In this document: piece after piece, positions 27,410-36,464 of the stretch | How the letters are laid out: each line of letters opens with the position of its first letter | How positions within the stretch are numbered: position 1 is the first letter of the stretch | Assembly: GCA_965203555.1 (NCBI GenBank) | Contig: CBDBCY010000004.1 | Span: 2,080,001 to 2,144,000, forward strand | Reading direction: 5' to 3' | DNA from: Acidimicrobiia bacterium | GTDB lineage: Bacteria; Actinomycetota; Acidimicrobiia; Spongiisociales; ZC4RG35 | DNA: 64,000 nt | Position numbers and translations under genes: made by a program | The notes under the pieces: generated by a model | What the model was told of the DNA's origin: nothing | The model's database searches: none | The model's input: only the letters and a program-made list of their open reading frames with translations

Positions 27410-28858
27410 TCATCGTTGCGGGCTGTGTAGCGGAGCCTGCAGGCACAACTCCTCTACCTCCTCCGGCGTCTTGGCCAAAGCGGCGGTGAGTACCTCGTGG
27501 CCGCGGTCGGTTATCACCACGTCATCCTCGATTCTGACTCCGATTCCCAACAGTTCGGGGGGAATGGCATGGGTCACTTTGGGGGCTTCGTCCCGTAGTT
27601 CCCTGTGGCGGGCCGAAGCCGCCGGGTCAAGCATTTTCTCCCTGGCCCACTGGTCGGCATCGAATTGCAGCATCGTGAACTCCACCTCGGGGCGGGAGGG
27701 GTCGACATATATCCCCGGCTCGACCGTCAGGGCCATTCCCGGCTCCAGGCAGCGATCGGCGCCCTCAACCCGATAGGCCCCGGCATCATGGACATCCATC
27801 CCCAACCAGTGGGAGGTTCCATGCATGAAGAACTCCCGGTACAGGTTCATGTCCATCGCATCCTCGAAACCGGTGGGCAAAAGGCCCAACTCCACCATGC
27901 CTTCCACCAGGACACCCACAGCCGCCTCGTGTGGCGCCCGGATGTGACTTCCCGGTTGGCAGGCTGCGATCGCAGCCTCTTGGGCGTCCAGCACCACCTG
28001 GTAGACGCGAAGCTGCGGACCGGAATAAGAACCCGAGACCGGAAAGGTGCGGGTGATGTCGGATGTGAAGTGATGCAGTTCGCAGGCTGCGTCCACCAGC
28101 AGAAGCTCGCCGTCCTGCATCTGGCGGTTGCTGTTCACATAGTGGAGGATGCAGGCGTTCGGTCCGGAGGCGACGATGGACGGGTATCCGTCACGGGGAG
28201 AGCCTCCCATCCTCCACACGGTCTCCATGGCGGCCTGCACCTGATACTCCCAGCGGCCCGGCGCGGCAAAGCGCATAGCTTCCCGGTGGCCTTCCATGGT
28301 GAGATCACAGGCATCCCGTAGCCATTGGATTTCCTGGGAAGACTTGCGCAGTCGAAGCTCGGAGAGAAGCGGACGCAAATCGGAGAGGCGTCGGGGGAAG
28401 TCCACACCCAGGCGGGTGCGTAGCGCATGGGCCCGGTCCAGCAGGTTCATGACCTGTTTGGACCGGGCGGACGGGGCCAGAGACAACCATACCTCCGAAC
28501 GTCCCTGCGCCAGTCCTGGTAAGCGTTTGTCGAAATCCGTCACCGGATAGGCGGCATCGGCGCCGTAGGTTTCCTTGGCGCCGTCCACTCCCGCCCGCGG
28601 TCCGTCCCATATTTCCCGTTGGCGATCTGCCGGCTGGACGAACAGCGTGAACTCTCCCCGGGGGTGCTCGGGAGCGATCACCGCTGCCGCATGCGGTTCG
28701 CCGAAGCCGGTGAGATAGAAGAAGTCGGAGTCCTGGCGGAAGATGTGCTCCACGTCGTTGTTGCGGGGACTCGGGACACCCGCCATCACCACTGCTAAAC
28801 CTTCGGGGCCGACCATCTCGGCTAGTCGTCGCCGGTTACGGGCGAAAAGGTTGTCCAT
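27410..28858 (-). CDS. pepP: Xaa-Pro aminopeptidase (M24B)
   Basis: FRQDSDFFYLTGF, SDITRTFP, HWLGMDVHD, TVEPGIY and GVRIEDD motifs. Confidence 0.95.
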   Translation of the reverse strand: MDNLFARNRRRLAEMVGPEGLAVVMAGVPSPRNNDVEHIFRQDSDFFYLTGFGEPHAAAVIAPEHPRGEFTLFVQPADRQREIWDGPRAGVDGAKETYGADAAYPVTDFDKRLPGLAQGRSEVWLSLAPSARSKQVMNLLDRAHALRTRLGVDFPRRLSDLRPLLSELRLRKSSQEIQWLRDACDLTMEGHREAMRFAAPGRWEYQVQAAMETVWRMGGSPRDGYPSIVASGPNACILHYVNSNRQMQDGELLLVDAACELHHFTSDITRTFPVSGSYSGPQLRVYQVVLDAQEAAIAACQPGSHIRAPHEAAVGVLVEGMVELGLLPTGFEDAMDMNLYREFFMHGTSHWLGMDVHDAGAYRVEGADRCLEPGMALTVEPGIYVDPSRPEVEFTMLQFDADQWAREKMLDPAASARHRELRDEAPKVTHAIPPELLGIGVRIEDDVVITDRGHEVLTAALAKTPEEVEELCLQAPLHSPQR

Positions 28859-28935
28859 CCAAGTCCTTTTGGTTGTGACAAGACTGACCCTGAAGGATAA
28901 GGGGGATCGGGGGCGGGAGCACTACCCCTGGAGAG

Positions 28936-29940
28936 TCATCCCGAGGGGGAGACCAAGGCCAAATCCACCACCAGTGGTAAGTGATCGGAGCCCAGGTCAG
29001 GTCCCAGCCACCTGTCCGCCACCGCCAGATGCGGGGAGTGGAGGAGATGGTCGATGGGAACCCGGGTGAGGAGGTTGCCGTTTGTCGGGAAGCTGAGAGC
29101 AAGACCGAATCCGCGCTGGGAGTTGCGAAGGCCGGCGTCGGTTAGCGGCGCGAAGACATGGGACCAGGGAGTGGCGTTGAAGTCCCCGGTTATCACCGTC
29201 GGTCCCCTGGAGCCGCGCGCCCACTCTGCCGCGAATTCGAATTGCGCGTCCCGCAATGCTGTTCGCCGGGGATTGGTGGGCGCCAGCGGATGTATTCCGA
29301 GCAACGTGACTTCCCTGTCTCCCAAACCAACCACCACCTCCATTGCTCTGGCTTCCCTCTCCGCCCATCCGTGACTGATCACCTCCACGGGCCGGATTTT
29401 GGTGAGCGTCAGGGTGGAGAAGATGAGGTGGTCAGGGCGCGAGCGATGTTGGTGGTATTCAAACCCCTCCTCCGTGATGGCCTCTGACAGGGCTTCTTCC
29501 CAGAGCCGGTTGGCTTCATGGAGGAAGACCACGTCGGCAGCTGTTCGCCGGAGAAAATCGATCACCTGTCGGTACTCCTCGTTCTGTCCCTGGACGTTGA
29601 AGGAGACCACCCGCATGGTGGGCGATTGGGGAGGAATATCCTGCTTTCCCCAGAACAGCGGCGCCACATAGGCGGCGTTCAGCAATCCGAGAATCACCAC
29701 CGCCCAGCCCAGTCGCCGCCATTTGCCCAGCAGGAGGGCGGCCCCCGCCGCCACCAGTCCCACCGCATAAAGGGGCCGAAAGCTGGTGGCGAGATCAAGA
29801 GGCCAGATCCATCTACCGAGAAAAGCGAGGAGGCTTACTGTGGCGACCAGCAAAGCCGGGATCGCTACCAGAATCACTGCTGTCGCCCCCGCCTCAGCTT
29901 GGATGGCGACTTCGGCTGCCGATGGACTCTTGGTTGCCAA
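28936..29940 (-). CDS. Membrane-anchored endonuclease/exonuclease/phosphatase family protein
   Basis: N-terminal TM helices; SFNV, GDFNATPWS, IDH and GSDHLP motifs. Confidence 0.9.
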   Translation of the reverse strand: MATKSPSAAEVAIQAEAGATAVILVAIPALLVATVSLLAFLGRWIWPLDLATSFRPLYAVGLVAAGAALLLGKWRRLGWAVVILGLLNAAYVAPLFWGKQDIPPQSPTMRVVSFNVQGQNEEYRQVIDFLRRTAADVVFLHEANRLWEEALSEAITEEGFEYHQHRSRPDHLIFSTLTLTKIRPVEVISHGWAEREARAMEVVVGLGDREVTLLGIHPLAPTNPRRTALRDAQFEFAAEWARGSRGPTVITGDFNATPWSHVFAPLTDAGLRNSQRGFGLALSFPTNGNLLTRVPIDHLLHSPHLAVADRWLGPDLGSDHLPLVVDLALVSPSG

Positions 29941-29968
29941 TCCAGGTGGAGTGTGAAATGAGAGTTCA

Positions 29969-30694
29969 TCAAAACGGAAGCATCAAGCTTGTTTTGTTGA
30001 GTTGTTTGCTGCGGCCTCTTGCGTCCGGCATAACGAACGCCATCGACTCCCAGAACGCGGGGGAATGATTCATGACAAGGAAATGAGTCAGTTCGTGCAC
30101 AACCAGATAGTCGATGAGTTCGGGGTCAAGCATCATGACCCGCCAGTTGAAACGCAGGGTTCCGTCCGAGGAGCAGCTGGCCCAGCGGCGTTTCTGATCA
30201 CGGATCAGAATCCGAGGCTCTCGGTGGCCGGCTACAAACGGCAACCAGTAGTCAACCTGCTCGGGTAGGAATTCCTCGGCTTTCTGCCGGTACCACTCTA
30301 TGAAGCCGTTGCTTATCAGCTCTCGCCGTTCTTCTTCACCCATTTGCGGTGGCGCGTCGAAGAGGAAGTGCCCGTCCTCAAAGCGGATCCAAGGCCTGAT
30401 GAAACTGTCGGTGTCCACCACCAGTGGAAAGTCCTCACCCAGGTATGGCATGGTTTCTCCGGTTACGAACCGCTTGGGAGCGGGCCTATTTGTCAGGGCC
30501 TGTCGCTTCTTGAGTATCCAGGGTGCTTGCTTTCGGACCAGGTCCTCCAGTTCCTGATCAGGCGTGTGGGCAGGCGCCAGCACCCGTACCCTGTCGAGAC
30601 TGATCTTGGTTTGAATCGTCTTCTTGCGGCGCTCGCTTCTAATCACCTCGTAGGTGATGGTGGTATCACCGTATTGGATGCTGTGGTTGTTCAT
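29969..30694 (-). CDS. YgjP/DUF45 (M48/SprT-like) metal-dependent hydrolase
   Basis: QKRRWASCS, FNWR, YLVVHELTH and NHSPAFW motifs. Confidence 0.9.
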   Translation of the reverse strand: MNNHSIQYGDTTITYEVIRSERRKKTIQTKISLDRVRVLAPAHTPDQELEDLVRKQAPWILKKRQALTNRPAPKRFVTGETMPYLGEDFPLVVDTDSFIRPWIRFEDGHFLFDAPPQMGEEERRELISNGFIEWYRQKAEEFLPEQVDYWLPFVAGHREPRILIRDQKRRWASCSSDGTLRFNWRVMMLDPELIDYLVVHELTHFLVMNHSPAFWESMAFVMPDARGRSKQLNKTSLMLPF

Positions 30695-30809
30695 TGGACC
30701 TCCCTTGCAGACCGCTAATGATCGATGTCTCTTCTATCTGTTTGTCCCCCAGGTGTGACACCATACAACTGTCGGCCGCCTCGGCGGGGCAGACAACCGT
30801 TTCGGAGGG

Positions 30810-31682
30810 TTAGATTCCCGCCATCCAGTCAGCAATGAAGGCGCCGATCTCCTCTCCGGAATCCTCCTGAATGAAATGGGTTCCCCGGACGGTCTTTTCG
30901 GTCTGATTGGGCCAGGACCTGCATATCTCCCGCTGCTTTCCGATCAGAATGGTTCCCGGCTTGGCGTTTATGAACAGCTTGGGCACATCGCTCTCCGCCA
31001 GCCATTCCGCATAGGCGGCGGCAATCTCCGTCACGTCGGACGGCTCGCCGTCGATCGGTATTTCCCGTGGCCAGGTGAGCGTGGGGCGGCGGGTCTCGCC
31101 ACCTTCCGTGTAAGGCCGGCGATACTCGGCCATGACCTCCTCCGACAGAGGATCGAGTACCGAGGCGGGAAGGATCCTCTCCACGAATACGTTTTTGGTG
31201 ATAACGATGGCTTCTCCGGCCGGCGACCGCATGGCTTGGAAAATGCCCCGGGCGGGGTCCGGCCAGTCGTCCCAGGAAACGGGACACACGATTGTCTCCA
31301 TGTAGACCAGGCCCCGGACGGCATTCCGGTTGCGATTGGCCCAGTCGAAAGCCAACGCCCCTCCCCAGTCGTGACCCACCAGGGTCACGTTCTCGGTGGC
31401 GCCGACCGCCTCCAACCACGCGTCCAAGTACTGCCGATGTTCTACGAATCGATAGGATCCCGGACCCGAATCGTCCAGTTTGTCAGAGTCGCCCATTCCG
31501 ATCAGGTCCGGCGCCAAGCAGCGACCCTGACCGGACACCGGTGGGATGACTTTGCGCCACAGATAAGAGGAAGTCGGGTTGCCGTGGAGGAATACGATCG
31601 GGTCACCTGCGCCGGCCTCGGTGTAGGCCATGCGCCTGCCCAGGACTTGTACATGTTTCTTGGTGGATGCGAAACTGCTCAT
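30810..31682 (-). CDS. Haloalkane dehalogenase (LinB/DhaA-like, HLD-II)
   Basis: FLHGNPTSSYLWR, HDWGG nucleophile, METIV acid, PTLTWPREIP and HFIQED motifs. Confidence 0.93.
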   Translation of the reverse strand: MSSFASTKKHVQVLGRRMAYTEAGAGDPIVFLHGNPTSSYLWRKVIPPVSGQGRCLAPDLIGMGDSDKLDDSGPGSYRFVEHRQYLDAWLEAVGATENVTLVGHDWGGALAFDWANRNRNAVRGLVYMETIVCPVSWDDWPDPARGIFQAMRSPAGEAIVITKNVFVERILPASVLDPLSEEVMAEYRRPYTEGGETRRPTLTWPREIPIDGEPSDVTEIAAAYAEWLAESDVPKLFINAKPGTILIGKQREICRSWPNQTEKTVRGTHFIQEDSGEEIGAFIADWMAGI

Positions 31683-31757
31683 AAGCCAAGCTTAGAAAGG
31701 AACGCCGCCGCGGTACGGTCGGACGGCGTCGACGGGGGCCTGTTTAACCTGGGGGGC

Positions 31758-32414
31758 ATGGAACTGACACAGGCTCTCTACACCACCCGGGCAATGCGCC
31801 GGGTGCTACCCGATCCGATTCCCACCGACGTGATACAGGCCATGCTGGACGCGGCGATTCGCGCTCCCTCGGGGGGCAACGCCCAGAGCTGGCGGTTCGT
31901 GGTGGTGATCGATTCCAAGGTGAGGACCCGGTTGGGCGCCCTGTACCGGGAGGCGTTCGCCGTCTTACTGGACAAGGTGTACGGTGAACACCTGGACCGG
32001 GCCCGGCGGGAAGAAGACACCCAGACCCTCCGGATATTCGGCTCGGCCCAGTGGTTGGCCGACCACGCCGACCAGGTTCCCCTGTGGCTGGTCGTCTACG
32101 TCAGGGGAGACACCTCCGGCGCCTCCATCTACCCGGCGGTGTGGAGCGCCATGCTGGCGGCCCGCGGCCATGGGGTCGGCGCCTGCCTGACCACCATTTT
32201 GGGGGATTTCAAGGCCGAGGAGACCGATGAACTCCTGGGCGTACCCCCCAATCGAGGATGGAAACAGGCGGCGGCGGTGTCCTGTGGATACCCGAGGGGA
32301 AGATGGGGCCTGGCCCGCCGTAGTCCGGTCCACGAGGTGACCTTTCAAAACCGATGGGGCGACTCCGTTCCCTGGCGGCTTGAAGGTCCTCTATGGGAGG
32401 ATCCCGATAGGTGA
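31758..32414 (+). CDS. Nitroreductase family protein
   Basis: TTRAMRR, APSGGNAQSWRF and SIYPAVWSAMLAARGHGVG motifs; leaderless TAACCT-N7-ATG. Confidence 0.9.
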   Translation: MELTQALYTTRAMRRVLPDPIPTDVIQAMLDAAIRAPSGGNAQSWRFVVVIDSKVRTRLGALYREAFAVLLDKVYGEHLDRARREEDTQTLRIFGSAQWLADHADQVPLWLVVYVRGDTSGASIYPAVWSAMLAARGHGVGACLTTILGDFKAEETDELLGVPPNRGWKQAAAVSCGYPRGRWGLARRSPVHEVTFQNRWGDSVPWRLEGPLWEDPDR

Positions 32415-32998
32415 CCTCGCGAGCGAAGAAGCTATGGGACACCAAGTCTCAAGAGCGTCTGGACGAACTTGAGCAGATTCATGCCGACATTCGAGGGTCG
32501 GGCCGAGGGCGTCGTTGGTACACGAGACAGCTCAATCTGAGCCTATTTGTCGCTCTCGTTGCCCAGTTCCAACTATATTGTCGAAACCTGCACGACGAGG
32601 CTGTCGAAGTCTATCTCTCCCATGCTGGCTCCCGTTGGTCTGGAGTCCTCGGAAGGCTATTGACACAGGGCCGCAAGCTCGACTGGCAGAACCCACGGGG
32701 GAGTGCACTGGGAAGCGACTTCGGACGACTGGGTTTTGGGATCATCCCTGCCCTTAAGGCAAGTGGCAAGATGGCCGCGAAAGACCTCGGTAGTTTGGAA
32801 ATCCTCATCGACTTTCGTAATGCGGTGTCCCACGGGAACGATAAAGAGGTCCAGTCATTGGAGAAGGAAGGACGAATTAAAGCTACATTGCAATCGTATC
32901 GCCAATACAGGCGCATGACGATTAGGCTCACAGATAAAATGGACAGAGTGGTGGCAGATCAAATCGCCGCACAGTTAGGGATATCACCGCCGTGGTAA
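32411..32998 (+). CDS. Stand-alone HEPN-domain protein (RiboL-PSP/MAE_28990-like)
   Basis: Helical pattern with the RxxxxH motif RNAVSH near the C-terminus; QNP..LGSDFGRLG segment. Confidence 0.7.
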   Translation: MTSRAKKLWDTKSQERLDELEQIHADIRGSGRGRRWYTRQLNLSLFVALVAQFQLYCRNLHDEAVEVYLSHAGSRWSGVLGRLLTQGRKLDWQNPRGSALGSDFGRLGFGIIPALKASGKMAAKDLGSLEILIDFRNAVSHGNDKEVQSLEKEGRIKATLQSYRQYRRMTIRLTDKMDRVVADQIAAQLGISPPW

Positions 32999-33222
32999 AG
33001 AAGAAGATGAAGGTTCCCGATTTGCTCTTTGGCGAGGAAGTCGAGGTTCCCTGGGGATTTGAATTCACCGTGCGGGGAACGGTGTATGAGGTTTACGGCT
33101 TTGACGATGATCTGCGCGTGGTGGTCCTTGTGACCCCGGAGTTGAGCGGACAGGTGGTGGACGAGCCCACCACCGTGGTGTGGCCCATATCCAGAGTCAA
33201 ACGCATTACGCCGGTTTCGTGA
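32992..33222 (+). CDS. Small hypothetical protein (beta-rich), overlapping the HEPN gene
   Basis: 76-aa ORF overlapping the HEPN stop by 7 nt; Val-rich, strand-like pattern. Confidence 0.6.
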   Translation: MVKKKMKVPDLLFGEEVEVPWGFEFTVRGTVYEVYGFDDDLRVVVLVTPELSGQVVDEPTTVVWPISRVKRITPVS

Positions 33223-33363
33223 ATCCCGGTCCAAACTCACGGCTCTCCCATCCAGGTTCACCGGTGGGTCTGCTGAATCAGCGGGCGGGTGGGCGTTCAC
33301 GCGACCTATAACGGGTACACCCCTCGCCGCATCCGTATTCCATGTTGGTGCAGCGACATGCCG

Positions 33364-34377
33364 CTACCTTGGTATCTCGCCGAACAGCTTCTCGTAGGTG
33401 GAGATGGCGGCCCGGTCGGTGAAGCCCGCCACATAGTCGACTGCCCGCACCCGGGCCGGATCGCTTTCCACCCCGAAGTCGGCGGGCAGGTCCTCGGGGC
33501 GCCGGATATAGTGCTCCACCAGCCGGGTTATCACTTCCACCGCCCATTTGTTTTCACGGATGCGGGCGGGGCTTTCGTAGACCCGTTCGAACATCATGGA
33601 ACGGAACCGGGTCATCACCGCCAGCGCCTGGGGGTCCATGCTCACCACTCCCCTCCGGGCAGACTCGTCGATCACGGCGCGGGTCATGGCCGAGACCCAC
33701 CGGTCGGGCTTTCCGAACCGTTCGATCATGGCGGTCGGTATGTCGCGGGGCGAGAGGGCATCATGTCTGAAGGCGTCGTCCAGGTCGTGGGTGAGGTAGG
33801 CGATACGATCCGCGAACCGGCACAGCAGGCCTTCGGGGGTGGCGGGTCCGGGATCGATGCGCCAGGTGTGAGTGCGGATACCGTCCAGGGTCTCGAAGGT
33901 GAGATTGAGGGGCTCCAATATGTTCAGGAGCCGGATCCCGTGGGCGGCATGATGCCATTGGCCCTCCTCGACGTAGGGAGATAGTGCCTCCTCTCCGACG
34001 TGTCCGAACGGCGAATGGCCGATGTCGTGCCCCAGGCAGATCGCCTCGGTGAGACTTTCGTTGAGCCCCAAAGCCACCGCCAGGGATCTCCCGACCTGGG
34101 CGACGTGGATGGTGTGGGTGAGGCGGGTGATCACATGGTCGCCGGGCGGGTCGGCAAAGACCTGGGTCTTGTTGCGGAGGCGCCGGAATGCCTTGGAAAA
34201 AAGCAGGCGATCGCGGTCGATCTGAAAAGCGGTGAGCAGATCGTCGTCCGGTTCGGGTAGGTTTCTGCCCCGGGAGTCGGATGAACGGGTGGCGGAGGGA
34301 GACAGCGCGGCTTCCGCCCGCTGGCGCTGCAGGCGGTCCCTTATGCGCAGCGGCGGCTCTTGGCCTGGTTCTGTCAC
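33364..34377 (-). CDS. HD-domain dNTP triphosphohydrolase (dGTPase-like)
   Basis: FQIDRDR, FRRLRNKTQVF, TRLTHT, GHDIGHSPFGH, DRIAY..HD and DYVAGFTD motifs. Confidence 0.92.
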   Translation of the reverse strand: MTEPGQEPPLRIRDRLQRQRAEAALSPSATRSSDSRGRNLPEPDDDLLTAFQIDRDRLLFSKAFRRLRNKTQVFADPPGDHVITRLTHTIHVAQVGRSLAVALGLNESLTEAICLGHDIGHSPFGHVGEEALSPYVEEGQWHHAAHGIRLLNILEPLNLTFETLDGIRTHTWRIDPGPATPEGLLCRFADRIAYLTHDLDDAFRHDALSPRDIPTAMIERFGKPDRWVSAMTRAVIDESARRGVVSMDPQALAVMTRFRSMMFERVYESPARIRENKWAVEVITRLVEHYIRRPEDLPADFGVESDPARVRAVDYVAGFTDRAAISTYEKLFGEIPR

Positions 34378-34469
34378 GACTTGCCCTCCCCCGTCGGTGG
34401 CCTTTGGAGTTGCTTTTGGGTGCGGTCCCAGGGCATAGTGTCCGCGGTCGAATATACCATTCCAAGCAG

Positions 34470-36365
34470 ATGGATTACCGGGCGCTTTATCGCAAATACC
34501 GGCCGCAAGTCTTCGGAGAGGTGATCGGCCAGGAACATGTGACCCGCACGCTGGTGCGAGAGGCTCGCGAGAGACGGGTGGCGCATGCCTATCTGTTCGC
34601 CGGTCCGCGAGGAACGGGAAAGACTTCCACCGCCCGGATCCTGGCCAAGGCAATCAACTGTGAGGATGCCCGCGAGGACGGCGAGCCCTGCGACCGATGT
34701 ACCACGTGCCAGGCCATTTCCGCCGGCAGTTCCCTGGATGTCCAGGAATTGGACGCAGCCTCCCATAACTCGGTGGACAACATCAGAGAAATCCGGTTGC
34801 AGGTGACCATGGTTGCGGCCGGCCCCTCCGCCCACCGGGTCTTCATTCTCGACGAGGCGCACATGCTGTCCACTGCGGCCTGCAACGCGCTGTTGAAGAC
34901 ACTGGAGGAGCCCCCTCCCAACGTTCACTTCATTCTGGCTACCACCGAGCCCTACAAACTGCTTGACACCATTCGATCCCGTAGCCAACGTTTCGATTTC
35001 CATCCTGTGCCGGCGCCGGTACTCACCCGCCATTTGACGTGGGTCTCCGAACAGGAAGGCTATGAAGTGGGAGAGGGTGGCTTGGAGACCATCGCCCGCC
35101 ATGCGGCGGGAAGCGTTCGAGATTCGCTGAGCCTGCTGGAGCAGGTGGCCGCGCTGGGTGACGGCCGGGTCGACACCGAGGGGGTGGAAAGGGCCTTGGG
35201 GGTGGCGGGGCAGGAGACGATGACGATCCTGGTACGGGCGGTGGCCGAGCGGGACGCACCGGCGGTGTTGTCGCTGGTGGCTCGTCTTGACAGCCGAGGG
35301 GTGAATCTTCGCTCTTTCATTTCCGACGGTATCGGTTTCTTCCGGGGGGTGTACCTCGCCCATCACCTTCCCGACCCCGGCGCAGTGTCCGATGAGCCAC
35401 CCGAGGTCATTGAAGACTGGAAAGAGACGGCGAGGATCCTGCCGGTTGCCGACGTCAATCGGGTGGTGGACCAGTTGGGCGAAGCGTTGATCAAGATACG
35501 GGAAGGCCGGGAAGAACGGCTGATGCTCGAGATGGCGCTTCTTTGGATAGTACGGCCGGAAATTTCCATCCATCCGGCGGCTCTTTTGCGCAGGATCGAG
35601 GCGCTGGAAGCGAGGATCGAACAGGGCGGTGCCCTGCCGGTTTCCGGTGGTGGTCGTCCCCGGACCCCTCCGCCTGCGGCCGAGGCGCCGTCCGCAGCCA
35701 AGCCCAGACCACCTGAGCCCGGCGCTGCGACCCGGCCACCCTCGCAGCGCCAGGGACCGGTCCCGGCGGAGCCTCATCATGTTCCAACAGCCGGCCCCTC
35801 GCCGGCTCCTACTCCTGGAGCGGGGCCGCTTACCTTTCGGCGACTGGCCGAGTTATGGCCGCAGGTGGTGGCCGGCTTCAGCGGAATGGACTCCGCCCTG
35901 CTGCGTCCCACCCGCCCCGCGGCGCTGGAGGGGGAACGGCTGGTGGTGGACTGTGAGGTGATCTTCCGGCGTGACCGACTCCAGGAAAGAAACACGGCCA
36001 CTCGGCTGAATGATGAGATCAAGAGGCTCACCGGCGAGAGGATCAGGGTGGAGTTCGTGGTACGGGACAAAGATGGGGTCTCACTGCCGGAACCGACATC
36101 GGACGGGTCCGATCCGCTACCGGCGCCTCCCGCCGAGCCACCACCGGACCCACCGCAGGTCCCCCAGACACCACCGGACGCCGCACCGCCGGACGACGAC
36201 CGGCCCTCTGCTCCCAAGGACCCCGATGGCGCGAGTGAAGCGAATGGGGCTGCCAAGGCAAACACGGCTGAGAAAGAACCCGAAGCAGACCTGGAGGCGT
36301 TCTTTGAAGCCGCGGACATCTCGGTAACCGAAGTTAAGCACCCTTCCGGGCCCAGCCTCTTCTGA
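34470..36365 (+). CDS. dnaX: DNA polymerase III subunit gamma/tau
   Basis: ALYRKYRPQ, GPRGTGKT, Zn cysteines, DEAHML and NALLKTLEEPP motifs; Pro-rich tail. Confidence 0.97.
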   Translation: MDYRALYRKYRPQVFGEVIGQEHVTRTLVREARERRVAHAYLFAGPRGTGKTSTARILAKAINCEDAREDGEPCDRCTTCQAISAGSSLDVQELDAASHNSVDNIREIRLQVTMVAAGPSAHRVFILDEAHMLSTAACNALLKTLEEPPPNVHFILATTEPYKLLDTIRSRSQRFDFHPVPAPVLTRHLTWVSEQEGYEVGEGGLETIARHAAGSVRDSLSLLEQVAALGDGRVDTEGVERALGVAGQETMTILVRAVAERDAPAVLSLVARLDSRGVNLRSFISDGIGFFRGVYLAHHLPDPGAVSDEPPEVIEDWKETARILPVADVNRVVDQLGEALIKIREGREERLMLEMALLWIVRPEISIHPAALLRRIEALEARIEQGGALPVSGGGRPRTPPPAAEAPSAAKPRPPEPGAATRPPSQRQGPVPAEPHHVPTAGPSPAPTPGAGPLTFRRLAELWPQVVAGFSGMDSALLRPTRPAALEGERLVVDCEVIFRRDRLQERNTATRLNDEIKRLTGERIRVEFVVRDKDGVSLPEPTSDGSDPLPAPPAEPPPDPPQVPQTPPDAAPPDDDRPSAPKDPDGASEANGAAKANTAEKEPEADLEAFFEAADISVTEVKHPSGPSLF

Positions 36366-36367
36366 GT

Positions 36368-36437
36368 ATCAGACCCAGGGGCTGCTCTTGGGATGCGGGC
36401 CGGTGCTCGAATCCCGAGTGGGTTCCTTGGGCTGGTT
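36368..36437. terminator. Long imperfect hairpin between the convergent dnaX and fic genes
   Basis: ATCAG-CCCAGGG..TGGGAT..ATCCCG..CCTTGGG-CTGGT forms nested pairing with G-U pairs. Confidence 0.45.
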
Positions 36438-36464
36438 TGCGCTGCCGGTTGGGGAGGCAAGGGG

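Noticed and set aside
30876-31757. N-terminal extension of the nitroreductase ORF (similar cases: 56348-57445 proC, 52345-52965, 34281-34469, 23810-23977)
   Set aside because: These extensions are antisense to real genes or run through promoter DNA; the family motifs and promoter/RBS signals start later.
36368-36437. SRP RNA (ffs), which often lies near dnaX
   Set aside because: The hairpin has AGCAG on the minus strand but lacks the CAGG..GGAA..AGCAG domain IV arrangement.
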